Below are positions 43,758 to 51,716 of a stretch of 64,000 bases of DNA, piece by piece. The notes beneath the pieces are model-generated. The model had not been told where the DNA came from. It saw only the letters and a program-made list of their open reading frames with translations, and made no database searches. The stretch's first letter is position 1; every line of letters starts with the position of its first letter. Source of the DNA: Chloroflexota bacterium (GTDB lineage Bacteria; Chloroflexota; Anaerolineae; Ardenticatenales; JAADHH01). Where the stretch lies: contig JAADHH010000041.1 of the NCBI GenBank assembly GCA_013151955.1, positions 8,969-72,968 of the forward strand, given 5' to 3'. Both the position numbers and the translations under genes were made by a program.

Positions 43758-43792
43758 AAAGGTTGCCAACTTTCCAAAAGTTGGCAACCTTT
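43758..43792. promoter_or_regulatory. 35-bp perfect palindrome (16-bp arms, 3-nt centre)
   Basis: aaaggttgccaacttt-cca-aaagttggcaaccttt. Lies 100 nt upstream of the LysM promoter -35 element. Confidence 0.4.
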
Positions 43793-43892
43793 CGAGCGCC
43801 AAAACAATCTATGTTAAACTTAACCGTAAACTGCACCATAAAACATACGTTAAAGGCTCGGAAAATTATCCTTAAATAAACGTTATAGTCAC

Positions 43893-43921
43893 TTGACATT
43901 TCCATGAATTTGTAGTATTAT
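43893..43921 (+). promoter_or_regulatory. Promoter TTGACA-N17-TATTAT for the LysM gene
   Basis: ttgaca-tttccatgaatttgtag-tattat, in an AT-rich stretch. GGTGGTGGA lies upstream of ATG 43966. Confidence 0.55.
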
Positions 43922-43965
43922 ATGAGGAGAAATGTAAAACCACAATCGACGAAGGTGGTGGAAGC

Positions 43966-45240
43966 ATGATAAAAACGAAACGATTCTTTATACTCATGTT
44001 GGTCGTATTGCTTTCGGCCTCTATGTTGACCATAACGAGTGCAGCAGCAGCTTCACCTGCATCAGGGCCCAACATCCACATTGTGCAACCCGGCGAGACA
44101 CTCTTCTCCATCGCCTGGCATAATGGGACCACGGTACAGGCCCTGATGGCCGCGAACGGCTTGCATAGCACGCTCATCTATTCCGGACAGGGCTTGCTGA
44201 TTCCGACAGCCGTTGCTGCTGCGCCGCCCCCCGCCGGCAATTACATCGTGCAGGCGGGCGATACGCTATACAGCATTGCCCGCACCCATGGGACATCGGT
44301 CGATGCATTGATGCAAGCAAACGGGCTCTCCAACACCTGGATATGGGTCGGCCAGGCTCTGATCATTCCGAATGGAAGTGCTCCCGCACCCGTTGCCCAA
44401 CCGGTAAGCATGCAGTACTACGTTGTCCAATGGGGTGACACACTCTACTCTGTCGCCTGGCGATTTGGCGTTCCTGCCGACGCCCTGGCCCAGGCAAATG
44501 GCATCGCCCCGGACGGCTGGCTGTATGCCGGACAGCGCCTGATCATCCCCAATGGGGCCCACGCCCCGGCTCCGCCGGCGTATGGGGCACCGACTGCACC
44601 GGCGGGCCCGGCCACCTACTACATTTGCCAGCCGGGCGACACCCTGAATAGCATTGCCTACCGGTTCAACATCAACCCGTGGGCATTGGCACAGGCCAAT
44701 GGGCTCTCCAACAACGGATGGGTGTACGCGGGCCAGCAACTGGTCATCCCCGGTGTATATCAGGGCAACCCGGTTCCGCCCCCCATGTCTGGGCCAAGCT
44801 ACATACCTGCCTCCGGCGGTTGTACTGCTTGTCCGCCGCCACCGCCCCCCTGCACGACGTGCGCGCCGCCCGAGGTGCCGCCGACGGATAACCAGCCGCC
44901 GGTGGTCACCACAGCGTGGCAAGGCAGTGTGATCAGCAACACGAACGGCACCGCGGATACGCGAGAGTTCAACTCCGTCATCCGCGTAACCATGCCCGGG
45001 CACAAGGATTGGCCGGTGACCGTGTGGGCCTTACCCATTCAAGACAGCACCTTCCACATCACCGGGCGCACCGGAACGAAACCAGAATTGGGAGAATATG
45101 GGGTGGAATTTGCCCCCTTCAAAGCGGGGTGGTATGCGGTCTATCCAGAGGGGCTGGATGCTCGAGTAGACATTTACTTAGATGGACACGGAACAATATA
45201 CTTGCAATTCGTCCAGGTCTCGCTTGCCGGAAGCCCGTAA
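43966..45240 (+). CDS. Secreted protein with multiple LysM peptidoglycan-binding repeats
   Basis: Signal peptide, then repeated Y.V..GDTL.SIA...G....L...N.L......GQ.L.IP units (about five copies) and a Pro-rich, Cys-containing C-terminal domain. Confidence 0.85.
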   Translation: MIKTKRFFILMLVVLLSASMLTITSAAAASPASGPNIHIVQPGETLFSIAWHNGTTVQALMAANGLHSTLIYSGQGLLIPTAVAAAPPPAGNYIVQAGDTLYSIARTHGTSVDALMQANGLSNTWIWVGQALIIPNGSAPAPVAQPVSMQYYVVQWGDTLYSVAWRFGVPADALAQANGIAPDGWLYAGQRLIIPNGAHAPAPPAYGAPTAPAGPATYYICQPGDTLNSIAYRFNINPWALAQANGLSNNGWVYAGQQLVIPGVYQGNPVPPPMSGPSYIPASGGCTACPPPPPPCTTCAPPEVPPTDNQPPVVTTAWQGSVISNTNGTADTREFNSVIRVTMPGHKDWPVTVWALPIQDSTFHITGRTGTKPELGEYGVEFAPFKAGWYAVYPEGLDARVDIYLDGHGTIYLQFVQVSLAGSP

Positions 45241-45259
45241 TCTTCGAACCTGACCTTCA

Positions 45260-45296
45260 AACCTGACAGGTTTCTAAAACCTGTCAGGTTTTTTTC
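45260..45296 (+). terminator. Rho-independent terminator after the LysM gene (possibly weakly bidirectional)
   Basis: 13-bp stem aacctgacaggtt / aacctgtcaggtt, loop tctaa, followed by a T-run (45289-45295). Confidence 0.75.
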
Positions 45297-45298
45297 TG

Positions 45299-46693
45299 CT
45301 AACGGCGATGATGAGCTACGAGAATATCGATGTAGACATCTTCCCCCGTCTCGCCTGTCTTCTGGCTATGCACCCGTCTGAGGGGGGGCAAGAGATGGCG
45401 CTCCAGAGAGATTCCTAAGGCCTGGTCCACAAGGTCTACGGCTCGTGCAGCGGAGGCAATATTGTAGCGCACTTCCAGACCGGACGGGTCATCGAAGAAG
45501 AAGCCGCAACTGGTGTACATACGTTGCCGGTTGTAGAAAGCCTCCAGCAAGAGGCGCGCGCGACGTGCTTCCGCCCAATTGAGCGTACGCTGCAACAGAC
45601 CCTCGACAAATGTGTCGACAGGTTGCTTCCCCAGAAGCACCTCTATGTAATTGAGACGCACTTTTTTTGGGGGGATGCCTTTCGCCTGCCAATAATCATC
45701 AAACAATTCGTCAAAAGCGGTCGCCAAACCATCCAGGCCGGCACGCAGATATTTCTTCCAGGTGCCATCTCCGGCGCAGCAATCGCAATCTCCTCGCCAT
45801 CGCTCCACGCCGTGATGGCAACTCCAAGAAGTCTGCTCGACCACACCTACTTCGTCCTGAACGGGGTGATGTAGCAAATAGCGAGCGGGGTAGGTCGTGG
45901 AGATGCCGGCCTCTGCCGAGCTTCCGTTCAGCAGGTATTCGAGAAACTTGTCGCGCCACTCCTGGTGGTGTCCGTACAATTCGCCATCGCTGGCCACCAG
46001 GATCAGCGGATCGTAGTCGTGGTCTTCGGGGTAGCGGGGTAAAAGCGTTTCGGTCACAAAGGCATCGGCATTGGCCGTCGTGCCCGGATCAAAGGAAATA
46101 CTGCCAGACAGATCGCCCTGATAAAAGAAAACGACAATCGAACGTTTTGACGGAAGTGGAACACGATAGGGGACGGTCACGTCCAAATCATCGTCCACGG
46201 CTTGCCACGGAGCGAGGATGGTGAAGGCAATTCCATTGTCCACGAGGACTTCCAGCGTATCCACGTCGACTGCCGTTTCAGGCAACCACATTCCCTGAGG
46301 AAGGCGTCCAAAACGATGTTGAAAATCGGCAATGCCCCAGGAAATTTGAAGCTCTTTATCCTTTGCACTGGCCAGGGGCAGTATGGTATGGTTGTAAGGC
46401 TGCGCGATGGCATTCCCTACCCCATAGCGTTCAACGCTTATCCGGTCGTCGAACAAGATTCTGTGGTATGTCCCGGGGGCGTGTTGTTGTAGCCAGGACA
46501 TCAAAGTGGGGCCAACATCGAAACTTATGCCACGAAAGTTTCCTAGTCGCGCATTGGGAGCATAGCACTCCGCAAGAATCCGTTCGTTCCAGTCATGAAA
46601 AGGCGTCGCTCCCGGTTCTTTTGGGACACGTCCGGTAAATGGATCCACCCTGGATGGCTGATAAAAATGTCCGTGAATGCAAAGTTGTCTCAT
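45299..46693 (-). CDS. Glycoside hydrolase family 57-like protein (GH57/DUF3536 type)
   Basis: N-terminus CIHGHFYQPSRVDPFTGRVPKEPGATPFHDWNERILAECYAPN, which I recognise as the GH57/DUF3536 family pattern. Confidence 0.7.
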   Translation of the reverse strand: MRQLCIHGHFYQPSRVDPFTGRVPKEPGATPFHDWNERILAECYAPNARLGNFRGISFDVGPTLMSWLQQHAPGTYHRILFDDRISVERYGVGNAIAQPYNHTILPLASAKDKELQISWGIADFQHRFGRLPQGMWLPETAVDVDTLEVLVDNGIAFTILAPWQAVDDDLDVTVPYRVPLPSKRSIVVFFYQGDLSGSISFDPGTTANADAFVTETLLPRYPEDHDYDPLILVASDGELYGHHQEWRDKFLEYLLNGSSAEAGISTTYPARYLLHHPVQDEVGVVEQTSWSCHHGVERWRGDCDCCAGDGTWKKYLRAGLDGLATAFDELFDDYWQAKGIPPKKVRLNYIEVLLGKQPVDTFVEGLLQRTLNWAEARRARLLLEAFYNRQRMYTSCGFFFDDPSGLEVRYNIASAARAVDLVDQALGISLERHLLPPLRRVHSQKTGETGEDVYIDILVAHHRR

Positions 46694-46794
46694 AGGGTGC
46701 GTAGTCAGTCAGCGATTCTTAATCGGCCCTGTGTGTTACCGGAGATACGCGATCGGACGACGGGCGAAATGGCGTGCCAAGCGTGCGTGTGAAA

Positions 46795-47032
46795 ACATAA
46801 AACGTGACGCCTGACGCAACCCGTTCGCCATGACAAACCGGGCGCGCCATTTTCAAAGTGGTACCATTGAGCGCGGTTGCGCGCGCCACCAGGGATGAAA
46901 ATGGCGGGACGTGAAACGTCTTGCGTCTTACGCATCACGTTTTACGGATTACGTGACACATGACACGTTATTTTCAAAGCAGTCACCATGAGCGGCTGCG
47001 CGCCACCAATCATGAAAATGGAGCGTCGGGCG
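46795..47032. repeat. Composite family-B repeat: two B1 hairpin modules flanking one B2 heptad module
   Basis: ccattttcaaagtggtaccattgagcgcggttgcgcgcgccaccagggatgaaaatgg, then gtgaaacgtcttgcgtcttacgcatcacgttttacggattacgtgacacatgacacgttattttcaaag, then cagtcaccatgagcggctgcgcgccaccaatcatgaaaatgg. Confidence 0.8.
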
Positions 47033-47109
47033 CCGGAAGCCCCCCGTCCCCCAAAAAAATTTTTCGGGGGAGGAGGTAGGGGGGGGCAGTACCTGACCGG
47101 CTATTTCTT

Positions 47110-47307
47110 TTATGCCCCTTTGCTATCGTTGCCAGCAACTGGGGCCGGCGACGGCTTTTCTTCTTCGTCCGCTCCTTCGGAGGCGCGCCGAAACTCACGA
47201 ATACCCTTCCCCAAAGCACCGCCCACTTCGGGCAAGCGACCCACACCAAAAACGATGATCACGATCACCAGGATGATGATCAGTTCCATAGGCCCTAAAC
47301 TAGCCAT
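47110..47307 (-). CDS. tatA: Twin-arginine translocase subunit TatA/E
   Basis: [46 protein letters not shown] lies 7 nt before ATG 47307. The track start 47313 is a GTG two codons upstream. Confidence 0.9.
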   Translation of the reverse strand: MASLGPMELIIILVIVIIVFGVGRLPEVGGALGKGIREFRRASEGADEEEKPSPAPVAGNDSKGA

Positions 47308-47624
47308 GTTCACACTCCTTTATCTACAAAAGTATAAACTGTGACACGTACAACAGCTTCACAACCTCCACGCATCACCCCTCACGATTTACGTACAGAC
47401 AGGGGTGTCCAAACGCTCCCCTTCCGCCGCCACGCGGTCGGGCTGACGTGTACCTTCTCACGCCGCTCGCCTGTATTCTTATGGTTGTATCAGCACTTCC
47501 GCTGGAATGTCAAGCTCCGCATGAAGTCGCCGTACCTATCCGGTTATACTCCTCATGGCTTCCCGCAAAGCAGATGTAGAGAATATTCTCTTAGAGCTTT
47601 GCGAAAGATGATGCGCATGCCTGT

Positions 47625-47653
47625 ATTATATCACGCTCCTGACGAGGGGGCAA
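47625..47653 (-). promoter_or_regulatory. Promoter TTGCCC-N17-TATAAT about 305 nt upstream of tatA
   Basis: The reverse strand reads ttgccc-cctcgtcaggagcgtga-tataat. Only ORFs of 10 codons or fewer lie between it and tatA. Confidence 0.5.
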
Positions 47654-47756
47654 ATCCATGTTCACGTTTTTTTCAGCGGTTGGTCTCGCTGCGCAGCCCA
47701 ACGCGGTGGGACTGCCCGTTATCCTGCAACTCCATGTATGAACGCACGGGGGCGTC

Positions 47757-49331
47757 CTAACCATCATTGTACGACAATCGCCTCAGAAAGTCAAAGGCAA
47801 AACGTTGGAAGTAGCGTACTTCGCGACTCCCGGCCAGGTAACTCACGACCAGGAAAATGGCCGACCCAACCAACAGCCCCCCGCCGGCCTGCAAGATAGC
47901 TCCCCGCCCCGCGAAGGACCGCATCCACCAGACCAACGCCAGCGCCATGACCAGTGCGCTGAAAAGCGTATGCAACACAGAACGGACAAGCTGCCTCCCC
48001 ATCAGCCCCCCCAGTCGCGGTCTGAGGAGAATCAGGAGCAGGGTCATCTCCAAGATCGTCGCCGTCGAGTTGCTGAGCGCCAACCCGCCCTGCGCCAGCG
48101 GGTGAATCAGCCACAGGCTCAGGCCCAAATTGATCGCCATGGCCATCAAGCTGATGATCACCGGGGTCTTGGTGTCGTGCAGGGCATAGAACGCGCGGGA
48201 GGTGATCTCCACACTGGCATGGGCAAACAGGCCAATTGCATAGAACTGCAACGTCCAGGCCACGATCTGCGTGGAGGAAGCATCAAACGCGCCGCGTTGT
48301 AGCAGCAACACGACCAACGGTTTGCGCAGCAACACCAACCCCACCGCAGAAGGTATGGTGAGAAACAAGATGGTCCGCAGGGTCGTCGTGAAGGCATCAC
48401 GCACCTTGCCCAACTGCCCCTCGGCCGCCAGTCGCGAAAAGGTGGGAAAAGCGGCCGTGGAGACAGCCATCGCAAAGATGCCTTGGGGTAGGAGCATCAG
48501 CAGCCAGGCATAATTCAGGGCCGAAAGCCGGCCGGCCGGCAACCCGGAAGCCAATATCGTGTTGACCAGGAAATTGACCTGCACAGCGGCCAGCCCCAAG
48601 ACGCGCGGCCCCATCAGCCGCCCGACCTCCCGCACACCGGCGTCGCGCAGCCCCAACACGGGACGATAGCGCGCCCCCTCACGAATCAACGCCGGCACCT
48701 GGATCAGCAGGTGGCCACTCGCACCGATCACCACGCCCCACGCCAGCCCAAAGACGCCCATGCGTGGCCCCAGCAGCAGCGCACCGGCCATGATCGAGAG
48801 GTTGTAGACGGATGGGGAGAGCGCCGGAAAGAGAAAATGTTGCCGCGCGTTCAGCACACCCATGCAAAGCCCGCTGATCGCAAAGATGACCGTGGCCAGC
48901 AGCATCCAGCGCATCAGATAGGCCGTGAGGTGCTGGGTTGCCGGATCGAAGCCGGGGGCAATGATGTATCGCACCAACGGCTCGGCTGCGATTGCGCCGA
49001 CCAGGGCCAGTGTTCCCAAAAGAATGAGCAGCAAGTTGGCAACTGCGGAAGCAAGCCGCCAGGCCCCTTCTTCATCGTCACGGGTCAACTGGGCAGTGAA
49101 AGTTGGAATGAAAGCAGAAGCCAGCGCACCGCCGGCAATCAACTGAAAGAGGAGGTCGGGAATACGAAACGCGGCCAGGTAGGCATCCAGCTCGCGGCTG
49201 GTGCCGAATTGGTAGCCGATGGCCGCTTCCCGCCCCAGCCCGAGCAGCCGGCTGAGCACGAATCCGGCCATGACAATGCTTGCAGCGCGGGCAATCTGCC
49301 GCTTGCCGTCAGAATTCAAAGCACCCCCCAA
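47757..49331 (-). CDS. murJ: Lipid II flippase MurJ (MviN family)
   Basis: 524 aa, about 14 TM segments. N-terminus AASIVMAGFVLSRLLGLGREAAIGYQFGTS..LDAYLAAFRIPDLLF. Confidence 0.9.
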   Translation of the reverse strand: MGGALNSDGKRQIARAASIVMAGFVLSRLLGLGREAAIGYQFGTSRELDAYLAAFRIPDLLFQLIAGGALASAFIPTFTAQLTRDDEEGAWRLASAVANLLLILLGTLALVGAIAAEPLVRYIIAPGFDPATQHLTAYLMRWMLLATVIFAISGLCMGVLNARQHFLFPALSPSVYNLSIMAGALLLGPRMGVFGLAWGVVIGASGHLLIQVPALIREGARYRPVLGLRDAGVREVGRLMGPRVLGLAAVQVNFLVNTILASGLPAGRLSALNYAWLLMLLPQGIFAMAVSTAAFPTFSRLAAEGQLGKVRDAFTTTLRTILFLTIPSAVGLVLLRKPLVVLLLQRGAFDASSTQIVAWTLQFYAIGLFAHASVEITSRAFYALHDTKTPVIISLMAMAINLGLSLWLIHPLAQGGLALSNSTATILEMTLLLILLRPRLGGLMGRQLVRSVLHTLFSALVMALALVWWMRSFAGRGAILQAGGGLLVGSAIFLVVSYLAGSREVRYFQRFAFDFLRRLSYNDG

Positions 49332-49393
49332 AAACAGACACCAGAAGATAGTGTCCGATTACCGTCCCCCTCTATGCGCAAATTGACCACCCA

Positions 49394-49438
49394 GGGGACA
49401 AGGAGATGGGGAGATGGGGAGATTTTCCCCTTGTCCCC
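49394..49438. repeat. Inverted repeat ggggacaagg / ccttgtcccc enclosing a (GGAGATGG)x2.75 tandem
   Basis: Read directly from the sequence. Located upstream of murJ. Confidence 0.7.
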
Positions 49439-49487
49439 TTGCCCCCCCTCACCTTGCCTCACTAGCAGTTTGTCGGAGAAAGAATCA

Positions 49488-49570
49488 GGGGACACAGATT
49501 TGCAGGATAAACACAGATTTTTCGATAATTGTTGCCTGAAATCTGTGTTTCTCTGTGAGAATCTGTGTCC
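49488..49570. repeat. Family-D nested inverted repeat (CACAGATTT motif)
   Basis: ggacacagatt (49490-49500) pairs with aatctgtgtcc (49560-49570). aaacacagattt (49509-49520) pairs with aaatctgtgttt (49539-49550). Motif copies also occur at 59238-59275. Confidence 0.8.
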
Positions 49571-49604
49571 TAATAAGAAGAAAACAGACCTCTCCGACAG
49601 CCTG

Positions 49605-51716
49605 CTAGGGGGACGAATCATCCGGCGGTTGCGGCAGCCCGGAATTCAAGGCCATTCTCAATTCATCGGCATGGGTCGACTCGACCAGTGCAGTGACCCG
49701 GTCATTGGCCTCGATGACTGTGTTGCCCCTGACGATTTGCACATTTTGCCCCCGACGAATGGAGATGAGGACGCAGTTTTCCGGCAATTCTACGTCACAG
49801 ACCTTTTTCCCGATGACTGGTGATTCGGGGTGGATCAAGATGTCCAGAATGTCTGTCCCGGTGAGCCGCCCCAGCCGCAGTTGATCGGTACGCTCTTGCA
49901 GTTCCACGCGACGCAGGATGGCCGTCTGGTACGCCTTGATGATGTCGTAGCGACGGACAGCGCCCAGCAATCGCCGGCGGTCGAACCGGTCCACGACAGG
50001 CAGCCGGCCCACGTCCCGTGTGCCCAGCCGGCGCAGGGCCAGCCAGATCGGTTCATCCGGCGTGGCCGTTAAGATGTTCGTGGTGGCGATGTCCCGAACG
50101 TGCAAGCTGTCTACGTCTGGCCGTTGCTCCGCGCGCGCCAGGTCTTGGATGGTCACGACACCGAACAACTTACCGTCTGAATCGAGCACCGGAAAGCCGT
50201 GGTGGTGGCTTTCCAAAAACGCTTTGCGCAATTCAGCCAGCGTCATATCGGTCGTGACGGTGTCTACATTGGCACTCATGGCCTCGCCGACCAGCACGCC
50301 ACGCATAACGTCTATGTCACGTCCACGTTCCAGGTGTACGCCGCGACGAGAGAGCTTGAGGGTGTAGATCGAATCGCGGCGCAGCTTTTCGGAGACGAGT
50401 GAGCTCAAGACGGTCGCCAGCATGAGCGGCAGGATCAGCCGGTAATCGCCGGACATTTCGAAGACGATGAGGATGGCGGTGATCGGCGCGTGCGCTGCGG
50501 CGGCAAAGACCGCGGCCATGCCCACCAGGGCGTACGCGCCGGCGCCGGCAGTTATGGTTGGGAACCAGGGATGCAGGATGTGTCCAAATGCGCCGCCAAA
50601 CATTGCGCCCATGAATAAGCCCGGGGCAAAGACTCCCCCCGAATTTCCCGATCCCAGGGTGAAGGAAGTACCCAGCATTTTGGCCAGGACCATGATGCCC
50701 AGAAAGAGGATTGTACCTTCCCCTTGAATGGCCTTCTCGATGTTGGAAAGGCCGGTTCCCAACGTCTGTGGGAGATAGAGGGCCAGCAGGCCGAGAAGCA
50801 ATCCTCCCACGGCCGGTTTCAGATATTCCGGAATGCGCCAGTTGTCGAAGATGTCCTCTGCGCCGTAGAGTGCGGTGACAAAGCCCCAACCGATCACGCC
50901 CGCACCAAGCCCCAGCAGCGCGTATGGCAAGACTTCCCAGGCGCTGACCATCGTGTAGGCGGGAACGACAAACGCCGGGCTTGTCCCCAGGAAGTGACGG
51001 CTGACCACGCTGGCCGCGACGGCGCAAACGACCACGCTGCCAAAGTAACTGGTGGTGAATTCGCCCAGAATCACTTCCAGGGCGAAGAGGCTGCCGGCGA
51101 TGGGGGCATTGAAGACGGCGGCGATTCCGGCGGCGGTGCCGCAGGCCACCAGGTTGCGGATGCGCTCGTCCGATAGGCGAAAAGCCTGCCCCAGCACAGA
51201 GCCGAGTACGGCTCCGATTTGCACGATGGGGCCTTCGCGTCCCACCGAGCCACCGCTGCCGATGCAGATGGAAGAGGCCACGGCCTTCACGCCGGCGACG
51301 ATGGGACGCATTCGCCCTCCCTGCAAAGCGATGGCTTGCATCACCTCGGGCACGCCGTGTCCTTTGGCTTCGCGGGCCACGAAGGTGATCAAGGGGCCGC
51401 CCAGCAAGCCGCCCAGTACCGGGATCAAAACGATGGAGAGGACTCCCAACCCCCCGAGCATCGGCTGTAATTGTTCAAAGAAGAAGTATGTAAAGAGATC
51501 GATCAGCCGGATGAAGATAACGGCCATGAGTCCTGTGCCGATCCCGACAAAGATGGCGGTGACGATGAGCATACCTGTTTCGGGGGGTTGCCAGCGGTCC
51601 AGGGCGATGCGCACATATTCCGAGAGGCGGGCAATTCCGCACCGAAGACGGGTGAGGAGGGGAGGGGGGGACGCGATGTGTGCTGGCAGAGATAGGGCGG
51701 CGGGGTCGGCTCTCAT
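49605..51716 (-). CDS. ClC-family chloride channel/antiporter with C-terminal CBS pair and TrkA_C (RCK_C) domain
   Basis: ClC motifs GSGGSVGREGP, GNSGGVFAPGLFMGA and PITAILIVFEM. CBS region (HHHGFPVLDSDGKLFGVVT). C-terminus NVQIVRGNTVIEANDRVTALV. ATGA overlap with the upstream paralog. Confidence 0.85.
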   Translation of the reverse strand: MRADPAALSLPAHIASPPPLLTRLRCGIARLSEYVRIALDRWQPPETGMLIVTAIFVGIGTGLMAVIFIRLIDLFTYFFFEQLQPMLGGLGVLSIVLIPVLGGLLGGPLITFVAREAKGHGVPEVMQAIALQGGRMRPIVAGVKAVASSICIGSGGSVGREGPIVQIGAVLGSVLGQAFRLSDERIRNLVACGTAAGIAAVFNAPIAGSLFALEVILGEFTTSYFGSVVVCAVAASVVSRHFLGTSPAFVVPAYTMVSAWEVLPYALLGLGAGVIGWGFVTALYGAEDIFDNWRIPEYLKPAVGGLLLGLLALYLPQTLGTGLSNIEKAIQGEGTILFLGIMVLAKMLGTSFTLGSGNSGGVFAPGLFMGAMFGGAFGHILHPWFPTITAGAGAYALVGMAAVFAAAAHAPITAILIVFEMSGDYRLILPLMLATVLSSLVSEKLRRDSIYTLKLSRRGVHLERGRDIDVMRGVLVGEAMSANVDTVTTDMTLAELRKAFLESHHHGFPVLDSDGKLFGVVTIQDLARAEQRPDVDSLHVRDIATTNILTATPDEPIWLALRRLGTRDVGRLPVVDRFDRRRLLGAVRRYDIIKAYQTAILRRVELQERTDQLRLGRLTGTDILDILIHPESPVIGKKVCDVELPENCVLISIRRGQNVQIVRGNTVIEANDRVTALVESTHADELRMALNSGLPQPPDDSSP

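Noticed and set aside
47341-47760. 139-aa plus-strand ORF between tatA and murJ
   Set aside because: It has no ribosome-binding site and no motifs, is Arg/Ser/Pro/Cys-rich, and runs antisense through the tatA leader and into the murJ stop.
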